Shown in pieces: positions 11,249-22,975 of a stretch of 64,000 nucleotides of DNA. Source of the stretch: Scyliorhinus canicula. Lineage: Eukaryota. Position 1 is the first letter of the stretch. Each line of letters opens with the position of its first letter. The stretch spans positions 69,027,424 through 69,091,423 of the forward strand of contig NC_052161.1 of assembly GCF_902713615.1 (NCBI RefSeq). Reading direction: 5' to 3'. Under the pieces are notes generated by a model, which worked only from the letters and a program-made list of their open reading frames with translations, did not search any database and was not told the DNA's origin. The position numbers and the translations under genes were made by a program.

Positions 11249-11600
11249 CTAGGCATTTTCAAAGTCGGGTGGGTCGCGGGCAGGTGTTGGGAGGGTCGCG
11301 GAGCCGTCCATCGTGATACTCCCGATTGCACAAATTCGCGTGTAACAGCCACTGCAGCCGGCTTTTAACAATGCCGGCTGCGAGCGGCCTTCAAAATGAC
11401 GGCCATAACCATATTTTAAAAATGCGGACCCCAGCGCATGCGTGCCTGCTCATAGGTGCGCACATGTAGAACCACCGTGTTTCTGCGCATGAGCACCAAT
11501 GAGTGGGCACGCATGTGCCGTGCAGACGCATTTTTTTAATACAGTCACGGCTGTCATTTGGAATTTTTAGGCGCAATCTTTTTGTGTCATTATTTTTCTG
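11249..11600 (+). mobile_element. Non-autonomous hAT-like terminal fragment
   Basis: GGGTCGCGGGCAGGTGTTGGGAGGGT is similar to the minus strand of ~1085-1125 (GGATCGCGGACATGTGTCGGGAGGGT). Confidence 0.5.
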
Positions 11601-11940
11601 GCTAAGCTTATTTTGAATCCTTATGTATGTATGCATCTATGTACCGATTCCCTTGATTCCTCACTTAGATTTAAAAATAAACTTACCCTGTTCAAGGGAT
11701 TTGTTGCCTTGTGTTTTTTGTAGTGAGATTGTGTCAGTTTGTAATGCCACAGTTTTAATACTCTGAGCTCTGTATTGGACTCGAGAATCGAAGATGAGGG
11801 ACCGTAATCTTAAAGTTAGAGCCAGGCCAAGTAGGAGCAATTTTTCACCCAAAGGGCAGTTAAAATCTGGAATCTCTCCCCCAAAAGGCTATGAATGTTC
11901 GCGGGCAATTGGAGCTTTAAAGATAAGCATAGTTTTTTTG

Positions 11941-12770
11941 GGTAAGGACATTGAGGGATGTGGAACAACGGCAGTTAAGGATAATGAGGGATGTAGAACA
12001 AAGGCAGGTAAGGGTATTGAGGGATATGGAATAATGCCAAGGGCGATTCTCCGATATGGCGGCCAAGTGTTCGCGCCGTCGTGAACACCATCACGTTTCA
12101 CGACGGCGCAAACGGGGCCCGGGCATGACCTAGTCTGGTCCCCACAGGGGGCCAGCATGGCGCTGGAGCAGTTCACGCCGCTCAAGCCTCCGTACGCAGC
12201 GCCAAATGCAGCGCAGTTGGGCCAGCTCAATCCTGCGCATGCACAGTTAGGACACGCCATCCTGCGCATGCACGGGGAACTTCTTACACGCGCCGGCCCC
12301 GACCCAACATGGGGCCTGTGTTATGGGGTCGGCCGCGCCGGAAAGTGGGCTGGGGGGGAAGAGGCCAGCCCACCGATTGGTGGGCCCCAATCGCGGGCCA
12401 GACACCATCGGAGGCCCCATCCCGCCCCCCCCCCCACCCCCGACAGGCTGCCCCCCGAGCGTTCCCGCAGAGTTCCCGCTGGCAGCGACCAGGGGTGAAC
12501 GGCACCGGTGGGACTCTGTTGTGTCGGAGCGGCCGCTCGGCCCATTCGGGCCGGAGACATGGCAGCCCCGCTGATTCCAACGGCCTGTGGCCGGCACCGT
12601 GCCAAACACGCTGGCGCAAATGGCGCCGCTGCTCCGCACCTCGGTGAATCGTGCACCGGCGTCGTGGTGTCGTGGTGCGGTTGCTCTGATTCTCCGGCGT
12701 GAGGCTCTGAGAATCGCTCCCGGCAGGTAAGGATATTGAGGGATGTAGAACAATGGCAGGTAAGGATATT
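11941..12770 (+). repeat. 33-bp tandem repeat derived from a CR1 3' end, interrupted by a MITE
   Basis: Unit GGTAAGGATATTGAGGGATGTAGAACAATGGCA. About 3 copies at 11941-12035 and ~1.5 copies at 12722-12770, following a CR1 3' fragment at ~11780-11940. Confidence 0.8.
12041..12721. mobile_element. GC-rich MITE (PIF/Harbinger-like non-autonomous element)
   Basis: Terminal inverted repeats GGGCGATTCTC ... GAGAATCGCTCC, internal palindromes (CGCCGTCGTGAAC...TTTCACGACGGCG) and no coding capacity. The superfamily is an inference. Confidence 0.7.
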
Positions 12771-13048
12771 CCACTCACTCTTGAAGTTTTTGCAAACAGC
12801 ATTGTTTGTGAATAAAAAAAAAATTCAGCTGGATGTGTTTATTGATTTTTGCATAAATCTGTAGTGAAATGATAGGGATTGACTTTTCTAACCAACACAG
12901 CTCAATTTAATTTCATTGAAATTGAATCATTAGTGGTTGAAGGAAAATGGAATAAAGGTGATACGAGAGCAATGTGGGCACACAGGATTAGGGCTATTGC
13001 TTATGTGGAAGATAAATGCCTTTTGTGACTGTAGCTGTTAAAATTAAT

Positions 13049-13180
13049 TAATCATTCACCTGAGGAAGGAGCAGCGCTCCGAAAGCTCGTGTTTGAAACA
13101 AACATGTTGGACTTTAACCTGGTGTTGTAAGACTTCTTACTGTGCTCACCCCAGTCCAACGCCGGCATCTCCACATCATG
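13049..13180 (+). mobile_element. 132-bp Penelope-like (pLTR-derived) element carrying a minimal hammerhead motif
   Basis: Flanked by the 9-bp direct repeat AAAATTAAT (13040-13048, 13181-13189). A second copy lies at 56325-56733. Confidence 0.75.
13057..13091 (+). ncRNA. Minimal type I hammerhead ribozyme motif
   Basis: CAC-CTGAGGA-A-GGAGC(AGC)GCTCC-GAAA-GC-TC-GTG. Both core boxes, a perfect 5-bp stem II, palindromic AGCT in place of stem III, a UC cleavage site and stem I CAC/GTG. Confidence 0.7.
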
Positions 13181-13731
13181 AAAATTAATGGTTTGGAAAT
13201 CATTGTATGCGTGTAATAAATCACACACAGGTAGCCAGTAAGGTCCCCTAGCAGACGTGGAGTTTATAAAAGTTCTGCCAAGGTGATGGCATTGCAGGTC
13301 CAGCTGAAATCCTACACAAGGCAGCACAGGCTGTGCAAGAGACTGCTGGCTTTCAGGTTGTCCAGGCCAACTTTTCAAAGCGGATTTCCTTTGGCTCGGC
13401 CTGTTTCGTCTCCAGTTCTTGTCATCCTTTTGGCGTGTGTTGCATTAGAGCAGCAGTTAAGTAAGAGAATATTGCAGAAGCCCAATCTGTCCATCAAATC
13501 CGTTGTAACTCCTTGCATGGCACAAGTCTCATTCTTTGGACAAATGTTTGTGGGTTGCTGGAATGTTGAAAAGTAAAGCAGTTGGAGACCGAGAAAGCAG
13601 CCACTTAAATAGCAAGAGTTACAACAGCGCTGAGGAATTATTACTCATTGCCACATCACAAAAGACATTTGGCTGTTAACCAGCATTTTTGTTTGTTTTT
13701 AAGAAAAATATATTTTCAAAGTGCCTTACGA

Positions 13732-13907
13732 AAATGAAAATCGCTTATTGTCACGAGTAGGCTTCAATGAAGTTACTGTGAAAAGCCCCTAGTCGCCACA
13801 TTCCGGCGCCTGTCCGGGGAGGCTGGTACGGGAATCGAACCGTGCTGCTGGCCTGCTTGGTCTGCTTTAAAAGCCAGCGATTAGCCCTGTGAGTTAAACC
13901 AGCCCCT
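13732..13907 (-). mobile_element. tRNA-derived SINE with (TTTCA)n tail (family B)
   Basis: Closely similar copies at 49682-49864(+), 54630-54813(-) and 63021-63125(-). A box GGCTGGTTTAGC and B box GGTTCGATTCC. Confidence 0.85.
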
Positions 13908-14694
13908 ACTTTGTACATTAGGCAGCTTGGCAATTATAGGGTTGTTGTGAGATCCCCTCGAAGAATGAGGGGACAATAACACCAGTAAAAAAAGCTGCTG
14001 CTCTTGTTCAAAGCGCAGCTTGTGTTAAATGGTAGGGTATTCCAAATCTCAGAAGGGAAACTTGAAACATCTGCTCTGAACTGTCATTTTGCAATTTGGT
14101 ACAATGTAAGCAAAGATGCGAAAACCTAAGAAGGTTGTCCCATACATCTTTGTGATGGCTTATTAAGCAATAAAATACACAAGAAAGTCAACTAGAAATC
14201 CACTTAATGAACTCAATGACTATGCACAGTATCCCTGTTCAACTAATCTTCTCCTGACAACATACCATAGGTTTTTAAAACCATAGGTAAAATCCAGCAA
14301 TAGTTACCACACCAAACACTTACATTTTTTAGGATTGCTACTGACGTAGGGTAGAACTTCTGGTTGTTCAAACAGGCTTTTCTACAGACAAAGCCCCACA
14401 GAAGGAAAATGCTATGTGAACTCCCAGCAAGCTGAGTTCTCAAAACAGCTGACTTGCATGGGTTGGAAACTGCTCTTATTTTTCCGAACTAACCTCCTCA
14501 GCTGTCACTCTTAAGTACCTTCATTTTGTAAGTCACGTTTTAGAATGTAATTATAAAATTCACATCTCATCTCCTTCTTTGAACTTCTAACATCTACTCA
14601 AACCTGACATTCTTGACATTCTATTCTTGACTGTTACCAACTTGCCTCAGTTAAACATCTGTTTACAGGGTTGCTAGGCTTATCAACATAGTGC

Positions 14695-15250
14695 AATACA
14701 GTAGCACAAGTGGCTAGCACTGTGGCTTCACAGCGCCAGGGTCCCAGGTTCGATTTCCCACTGGGTCACTGTCTGTGTGGAGTCTGCACGTTCTCCCTGT
14801 GTCTGGGTGGTTTCCTCTGGGTGCTCCGGTTTCCTCCCACAGTCCAAAGACATGCAGGTTAGGTGGATTGGCCATGATAAATTGCCCTTGATGACCAAAA
14901 AGGTTAAGAGGGGTTATTGGGTTACAGGGATAGGGTGGAGGTGAGGGCTTAAGTGGGTCGCTGCAGACTCGATGGGCTGAATGGCCTCCTTCTGCACTCT
15001 TATGTTCTGTGTCAACATATCAAAAGCACTAGTTCCAGCATGGTGGCACAGCGGTTAGCACTTCTGCCTCACAGCGCCAGGCACCCGGGTTAAATACCGA
15101 CCGTGGGTGACTGTCTGTGAGGAGTTTGTACTTTCTTCCCATGTCTGCGTGAGTTTCCTCCGGGTGCTCCGGTTTCCTTGCACAGTTTAAAGATGTGCAA
15201 GTTAGTGGATTGGCCATGATAAATTGCCCCTTTAGCAAAGGTGTGTAGGT
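14695..15250 (+). mobile_element. Two adjacent V-SINE copies (14695-15010 full, 15037-15250 partial)
   Basis: Same head and V-core as the other copies. Confidence 0.8.
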
Positions 15251-15429
15251 TATGTGGATTGGCCATTCCAAGAACAAAAATGCACTAGTTCCATCAGCTA
15301 GCCAAACTGTCTCTACCACTACATAGCTTCCATTTTAAAACAGTTTTTAAAAACATATACCCAGAAGAACACATTCCCAATTCCTTGTTTTTTAGTATTG
15401 CAATTTCCAATTTCCTGACACCATCAACT

Positions 15430-16603
15430 AAAAGTTAGGGATGTTGAAAGAATCAGCTATGGAGTGAGCCTTTGAACAAATATAGGTTGATAACAGGGAT
15501 TTAAAGCCACACCTAACAAAGCTAGTGGAATTTTTTTTAAACTTAGCTAACATGTTAGGTATGGGAATATCTATGAATGTCATTTATTTGCAATTTCAAA
15601 AAGCACACGAGTTTCACACACAGGAAAAAGTGAACAAAAGTAAGTGTGCAAGGATTGAGTGTAACCTGTTGGTTTGGAGAGTGATGTGTTGGAAGGTAGA
15701 ACACAGAGTAGTGGTACTGGGAGTGTGATTAAATTATCTGGATATGACCAGTGATGTTGTCTAGTGACCTGTACTGGGATCTCAGCTTTGTTTCACATTT
15801 GTATTGGATTTGGGCGAAGTACGAAAATTTCATACGTCAAGGTTTGCTGCTGACCCCAAAGTTAGATGGCTCAGTAGCTGAAAGTTGTGCAAAGATATTG
15901 GTAGATGGGTAAAACTGTACCATTGAGGGGTTCGGTGTGGGACAGCTTGGGGCCACCCCTTTTTGATCCAGGAATGATAGTTAAGAATACTTTCCAAATA
16001 ACAAGAAACTGGAAATGGCAGAGAGGGATTTACAGGTTTGAGAAGGGAAATGCTAAAAGCTGATGGTCAGGAACAAAAGTAATTTAAAAGGCGAATGGGA
16101 TCTTATCTCGCAGGGACAGGAAAAAGGGTTGATTGTGTTACAATCACTGTTTATAAAGCTTTGTCTCGATTCCATTCAGAATATTGTGTTCAATTTTGGG
16201 ATGACACCTCAAAAAGAACATAATTTTTAGATTGAGTGTAGTATAGAATGTCACCTATGCTATAGGTGTTAAATTATGATTACATGCTTCTTAGATGAGG
16301 CTTCCTTGATTAAGGGGTGATCTGTTTGAGGTATTTGAGATGATTCAAGGAATTGATAATGTAGACGGAGAGAAACTCTTTCCTTGGTGACAGAGTTGCA
16401 AGGAGGTAAATTTGGAGCTGGGGGCAGTCCAAGATGAAATGAGAAAACACTCCTTCATACAAAAAATTCAGGAGTTATGTCCCCCCCCCAAAAAAACTCT
16501 TGTGGCTGAGGTTCAATTTTAAAAAGTCAAAATTGGGATTAATAGATTTATGTTAGACAAGGATATTAATGGATAGGAAAGCAAGATAGTTGAGATACGG
16601 ATC
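15430..16603 (+). mobile_element. Heavily decayed CR1 RT/3' fragment
   Basis: Remnants of VIYLQFQKA, KFAAD and EYCVQFW, plus TTAAGGGGTGATCTG, homologous to the intact CR1 ORF2. Confidence 0.7.
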
Positions 16604-16895
16604 AGCAAGGTAGCACGGTGGTTAGCACAGTTGCTTCACAGCCCCAGAGTCCCAGGTTCGATTCCCGCTTGGGTCACTGTCTGTGCGGAGTCTACATGTC
16701 CTCCCCGTGTCTGCGTGGTTTCCTCCGGGTGCTCCGGTTTCCTCGCACAGTCCAAAGAAGTGTGGGTTAGGTGGATCAGCCATGGTAAATTGCCCTAAGT
16801 GTCCAAAAAATTTAAGTGGGGTTACTGGGTTACGGGGATAGGGTGGAGGCATGGGCTTAAGTGCGGTCTCGATGGGCCGAATGGCCTCCTTCTGC
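16604..16895 (+). mobile_element. V-SINE
   Basis: Head, V-core and CR1-type tail GATGGGCCGAATGGCCTCCTTCTG. Confidence 0.85.
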
Positions 16896-18659
16896 AAGTA
16901 AAACTTCTGTGAAAAGTTTGTGATCTAGCTGAATGGTGAAACACACTCAAGAGGCTGTGTGGCCTCCTGTTCTGATGTTCCTTCCCATGTTCCTCACTCA
17001 TTCTGGTGAAAGTAAGTGGGTTGGTGCCTTTTGGCTGCCTAAGGAACTTCTCACAAGTAAGTTTATTACTGAGATCAAACAGTGCACTTTTACCCAACCC
17101 CCTCCCCAGATAATTAAACCTGCGTTTTGCTGAAATATAAAATGAATGAGCAAAGTATTTGATGTGAACAGGATGTTCTCTTCAGATGACTTGTTCAGTC
17201 AGGTTTAGAGCACATATTGGGAGAAAGTGGTATTAAATGAATCTGAACCAAAAGGAAATGGCCCCAATTGGAATATTGATACAAGGTACTCAACTGGCAG
17301 TTATGTTTTTGCACAGTTCATTTACACAAACTGATTTATTTGGCCAAAATAAGAACATGTTCTTTGTTTATTTTTGGTGAGCCAGTTGTTTGACCTGCAT
17401 TGTTCTGAAAGAGTGGAGCTCTTAGCAGTCCAATCAAGGTGGACATCTATTGTAATCACGAGGAGTCCCGAAAAGGTTCGAAAGAGATTACTTTATTCCC
17501 AAGGAACGCTGCAAAGGGGCAAAGCCGGGATCATCCAAAGGTGCTGGTTCCCTTCCAGGCTGGCTGTGGATATTAACAAGCCCCGCTCTTGGGCTTCCAC
17601 CCCCTCAGTGGGGGAGCTTGTATTCCATGAGCCCCATGGGCAGATCAATCGAGTCGCCCCTGTGGGTCCCTTGAGGTTTATAACAACATCAAAACCCAAG
17701 GAGATGAGCTGGACTCTGACTTCTGGTATCGACAACCACCCCAAGCTTGAGTTTCCTCTTTGGCTGCACTGACACAAGGCTGTGGGGCAATTTGAGGTCT
17801 CTCACAACATGGACGTTGCTGTACAAATGTCAGTTCCTCAACACTTTGCTTTGGTGTGGTGGAATGATCAATGCAAGACAATTAGATTTCATTTCACCCC
17901 CACGGTCAGGTTCAACCCCAGCCAGAGACTCCCCATTCAATGATTTTACAAGGGAATTGGATCCCAGTCTGAAAGGGAAACATTTGCAGATCTGCGGGGG
18001 AATGGCAGAGTGGCAGCATGTTAATTGCTCCTTCAAGAGGGGCCATCACAGACATGATGGGCCAAATAGCCTCTTGTGCTGTAAACATTGTATGATTCGA
18101 TGAAATACAGTGCTGCATACAAAATCGACTTTTTTGCCAACTGTTTCGTCCTGGTCCTTCTAAGGGGCTTTGGCCAAATGTGCTTTTCATGGGGCTGAAT
18201 TTCTTGTCCCGGGTGCTAAGCCCAGAGTTTTCCCTTCCTTCTTCCCCAACATTCTTTCCTTTTGTTATCATTAACTCTCTTCATGGGATAGTGCACAGAC
18301 TCTCACAAGGACGAGCTGCAGGGTAAGGAACTCCAAATGTTTAAATAAACCAGTTTGTAAAGTTGCACAAATCCAGGAGAAACTGGTTTTGCTTTCTCAA
18401 CTGTCTCGTGTGACTCAGATTCATCAATGGAATAAAGTCACCCATTGTCCTGCGAATCTTCATTGACCAGAAATTATTAGGACATTGAAAGTCTGCAGCA
18501 TGGTATGAGGCCATTCAGTCCATTCTATCTGTGCCAGTCTAAAAGTTCTCCAACCTAATCTTACTTTCCAACTCTGCAGCCCAGGCACTACAAATACATG
18601 TCCAAGTAATTTTTAAAAATGCAACAAGGTTTCCACCCCTACCACCCTTTGTCTTAAAA

Positions 18660-18930
18660 CAAAAGCACTTTACATCTCATGAATCACTGTTGAAGTGTTT
18701 GGCTTTAGGCGCATGGAGCAGCAAATGGCACCCAGAAAGATTCCACATATATAGCAAATGATCAGCCAACCAATTTAGTTGCTGCTCAGTGACAGGGGGA
18801 ATGTTTGGCCAGGGCAACGGAATGATCCCTGTGCCCCGTTGTATCATAACATGGCATTATTAATGCCCACCTGTACTGGCAGACAGGTTTCTGATTGAAC
18901 ATTCCCTCAGTATTGCCAGTTAATGATGCC
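18660..18930 (-). mobile_element. Decayed DeuSINE-like element
   Basis: Reverse complement resembles the Deu-domain copy at 60220-60670. Confidence 0.45.
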
Positions 18931-19769
18931 TGACAATGCAGTCTTCCACACGCTAATTGGAAACACAAGTTGAGTGTACGTATATTCTGAAACCTTGCTT
19001 CGTTTTAGTGACGGGAAGTTTTTGCTAACCCTTGATTGCTTTAATTAATGATGGATTGTCATAAGCTTGAATTAGTTCCTTCCCCTGTTGGAGGGCCTGA
19101 AGGGACCTGTAAAGAAATTCTTGCAAAGTTGTATTGGACTGGAATAGCTTTGTCCAGGCATATATCACCATGGCGATGGCTAGTTTTCTTTCTTTTAAAA
19201 GTGGAAATGTCAAGTTTTAAAGGGTTCCTTGCACTGTACTGAAGCCAGTCCACATTGCATTATCCTTGAGAACCAAATTCTGACACTCGCCCTGAAAGGA
19301 GGGGGGGGGGGAGGGGGGGGGGCAATAACAAGACCTCAGTCCCCATAAACCAGAGGTTTTGAATTCCACCCTCTTATGCATTCTGACACAAGGGACATAC
19401 CAGGCCTTGTGCAACAACTTCCTAGCAGGTTGTCATGGGAACTAGAGCATGCTTATTAAACATGCAGTAAATAAAACAAGATAAGGCAATGCTGCAAGAG
19501 ACCTCACTCTGTTTTCACAGCTGTTGCCCCTATGTTTGCCTTTATATGTGGTATTTTCAAATAGCAGTTTTACACCCAAGCAGCCTGTAAATCTAAAGCT
19601 TACGATCCTCTGATACAGCATTCACCAACAGACATTTTTCTTTATGCAAATTGTGATGCTCTGGCATAAATTGTTCCTATCGAAGCATTGTACCAAGAGT
19701 TAGTTAATCTAAATTTATGAAATCACCAAAAGATGCACAATTTATAAGTATGCCACTTGCTTATTGAAT

Positions 19770-20575
19770 ATTGCTGAAAAGAGAGATGTTTGCTGAAGCT
19801 TTTTGCCTAGCACTCCTCAGGACAAATGGAAGAATACCAAATTTCAAACAAATCTCAATTTATACTACAGGAGAAAAGGAGTGCTGATTGGTTGGCATGT
19901 CGATTCGGATTGGTTGAGGCATTGCCATTGAGAAGGCAAAAGGAAACTCTAGGCTCCCCAAGTTCCTGGATAATTTTTTAAAAAAGTGCAAGCCTTGAAT
20001 GTACAAATAGTGTTTGTAGAGAAAGGATCCCTGTGTATGAATGTATGTCATTTCTAGTTGGCGTAAATGAGCCATGTTATGAACTTGGCTTATTACCGTA
20101 AATTATTCTTATTAATTATGCATTTTCTTTTTATTTTATTTTATTTTCATGGACTGAATGATCTGTTTGAGCTGCTGCAGAAAAATTCCTTTCACTACAC
20201 CTCGGTACACGTGACAATAAACAAATCCAATCCAATCTAAGGTGACCGTTTGTCAAAGCTAAAAGGCATAGAAAGTGAGAAATATTTCGACTATAGGGTG
20301 AGGGAATGTAAGATGAGTCATAGCCACAGAAACAAAGGGAAAAGAGTGCTAATGGTAGTCCTCAGAGAGAATAAAAGGTGTGAAAGGCCAGAGAAACTAA
20401 AATCAGAGAGTAAACCGTGACAGATGTAGATTTGGGGGTGGGGGAACTGGATGGGGGAAGAGGTAAAATGAGAAAAAGGGAGGATCTGATAGGGGAAAAG
20501 AGTGTGGGGAAATATATTATAAAGAAAGACAAGAAAGGAATAAAAGGTAAAAGACCATTAAAATGAAATGAAATG
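19770..20575 (-). mobile_element. Penelope-like fragments with a decayed hammerhead, plus an inserted LINE 3' end ((AATCC)n tail, ~20145-20240, +)
   Basis: Minus-strand TTGTC-CTGAGGA...AAAA-AGCT-TC at 19790-19825, a purine-rich pLTR-like tract at 20260-20575 and GTGACAATAAACAAATCCAATCCAATC. Confidence 0.45.
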
Positions 20576-20793
20576 TTCAGACAGCTGCATAAGGGAGTGC
20601 AAGCTTTGTTTGATTGGCGTCTCTGTTACCTTGCAGTGAAGTTATTATTTCTTTGAGTGGTTTTTCAATGCCTGCTTGCTCATCATGACCTCCACCTGAG
20701 CAACGGGAGACAGTGAAGAAATGCTGGCTGAGCCAGCAATGTTCACACTCTACAAATAAATTAAAAAGGATGCCCACAATGACGAGGACTTTA

Positions 20794-21637
20794 TTTAAAA
20801 AAAAATCTTTTTACTCTTCTCATTTTGAACATTTTCATCAATTAACGACCAAAGAAAAAAACAAATACAATAACAATCCCCCACACACAAACCGCCCCCC
20901 GCTCGATATACAGACCAAAACATCCACCCGTGCAGTCCAGGTAAAAAAATTAACAATCAATACGTAAATAGTGTAACCAAAGACAACAATACCAGCAACA
21001 CCCCCCCCCCCCCCTTCCCCCCGACCCCTATTGTTCAATGGTAACCAATTCTCGGAAGTGCACAATGAACAGCCCCATGAATTGTGAAGCCCTTCCTTCA
21101 TCCTCTTCAGCTGAGACTTCACCTTCCCGAGAGTCAAAGAACTACAAGCAGCACCCCCCCCACCCCTCGCCAAGTCGTGTCACAGGATGGAGAAGCTTAA
21201 CCTCCCCACCCCCCAAACAGGACCCGCCTCTGGGTATGCAGCGAGGCAAAGGCTAACATCTGCCCCTGCACCCGCCTGCCGCCCGAGCCGGTCCGCCCCC
21301 CGAAAAAAGCTTCTAGGGGCCCTGGTTCCAAGTTCACGAGCATTACCCCCGAGATGACCCTGAAAAACCACCCTCCATAAACCCTTTACATTCCACATAA
21401 CTATCCTAACTGGGGTCTCTCTCCTCCCCCCCCCCCCCCCCCCCCCCCACTCCTTCATTCACCCCCTTTTTCACGGCCGTTTTCCGTTGAGTTTTGGACA
21501 TCTTTCTTCCTTATGTCTTGCTGCAATTATTTAACCAAAGGTTGTCCCTGGGGCATTAGATTCTAAAAAAAATCAAGCCTCGAGCAGGAGCCACCCAACT
21601 TGCAACCTCCTCCTCCACGCCGCCACCGGAAGTCCCC
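20794..21637 (-). mobile_element. Internally deleted L1 derivative retaining both ends
   Basis: Minus strand reads 5' GGGACTTCCGGTGGCGG, an ORF1-like start MSKTQRKTAVKKG (ATG 21501), the ORF2 EN start PVRIVMWNVKGL, ORF2 C-terminal sequence, a poly-G 3'UTR and an A-tail. Confidence 0.7.
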
Positions 21638-22354
21638 TCTCGATGCAGTATTGATGGAATGTTTTTGAAAGGCAGTGTGGTGAGGACTTTCTAAACGCAA
21701 TTCCTTTGCCACCTTCTGCTTCCCAGCTTATGTTGGCTTTTCATTCTTACTCTTTTGCCCTCTCACTCATTTCATGCTTGCTTCTCCTTCTCGCCCCCTT
21801 AATAAGGACATGGGGAGTCCACACCGAGTAAAATAAGAAACAAAATTTTATTTACATAAACGATATGTTCACTATACCGGATTCCTCACTGGTCGGAACC
21901 TTACTGGGTTCATTCAGCTCATTCTCCGCTAGGGGCACGTGAAAGACGAGCATTCGCATCCCATAGGTTCCATGGGGGATATTACAACCGCACTACGAGT
22001 TTGCACTCTACAATATCCTTTTGTTCTTCCCCTTCCACCGCCACTCGCAACTCCCACCTCCTCCTGCTCCAAAGACCGGAATCTCTGCCTGCAGTGACCA
22101 GGAATTCCTGGTCACTGTAGAAATCCCATCCGCAGTGGAACAACATTCTGCCCCTTTCAGTCAGAGAACAGCAGCAGGTAGGCTTGGGGTGGGGTGCTGA
22201 GTGGTAGTGTGTGATATAACAGGAAGCAAAGGGAATGGATGTGGCATTGACGTTTAATATGTGGTTAGGTGCTGAGGCATGAGAGAGCAGAGTGGGCTGA
22301 AGGACTGAGGAGGGGACTGGGTTTGAGGAATGGGGACTGAGGGACAGATTGGGC

Positions 22355-22975
22355 TGAGGCACGGAGGAGGGGAGTGGGGCGGAGGAGGGGAGTGGGGCTG
22401 AGGGGCGGAGGAGGGGAGTGGGGCTGAGGGGCGGAGGAGGGGAGTGGGGCTGAGGGGCGGAGGAGGGGAGTGGGGCTGAGGGGCGGAGGAGGGGAGGGGG
22501 GCTGAGGGGCGGAGGAGGGGAGTGGGGCTGAGGGGCGGAGGAGGGGAGTGGGGCTGAGGGGCGGAGGAGGGGAGTGGGGCTGAGGGGCGGAGGAGGGGAG
22601 TGGGGCTGAGGGCCGGGGAGGGGAGTGGGGCTGAGGGGCGGAGGAGGGAGTGGGGCTGAGGGGCGGAGGAGAGGAGTGGGGCTGAGGGGCGGAGGAGGGG
22701 TGGGGCGGAGGAGGGGAGTGGGGCTGAGGGCCGGGGAGGGGAGTGGGGCTGAGGGGCGGAGGAGGGAGTGGGGCTGAGGGGCGGAGGAGAGGAGTGGGGC
22801 TGAGGGGCGGAGGAGGGGTGGGGCGGAGGAGGGGAGTGGGGCTGAGGGCCAGGGAGGGGAGTGGGGCTGAGGGGCGGAGGAGGGAGTGGGGCTGAGGGGC
22901 GGAGGAGGGAGCGGGGCTGAGGGCCGGGAAGGGGAGTGGGGCTGAGGGGCGGAGGAAGGGAGTGGGGCTGAGGGA
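22355..22975 (+). repeat. 26-bp G-rich minisatellite (~24 units)
   Basis: Unit GGGGAGTGGGGCTGAGGGGCGGAGGA with 25-bp and shorter variants. Degenerate units at 22265-22355. Confidence 0.95.

Noticed and set aside
12157-12802. Cluster of overlapping 100-175 aa ORFs
   Set aside because: Expected in a very GC-rich, stop-poor MITE. No recognisable domain.
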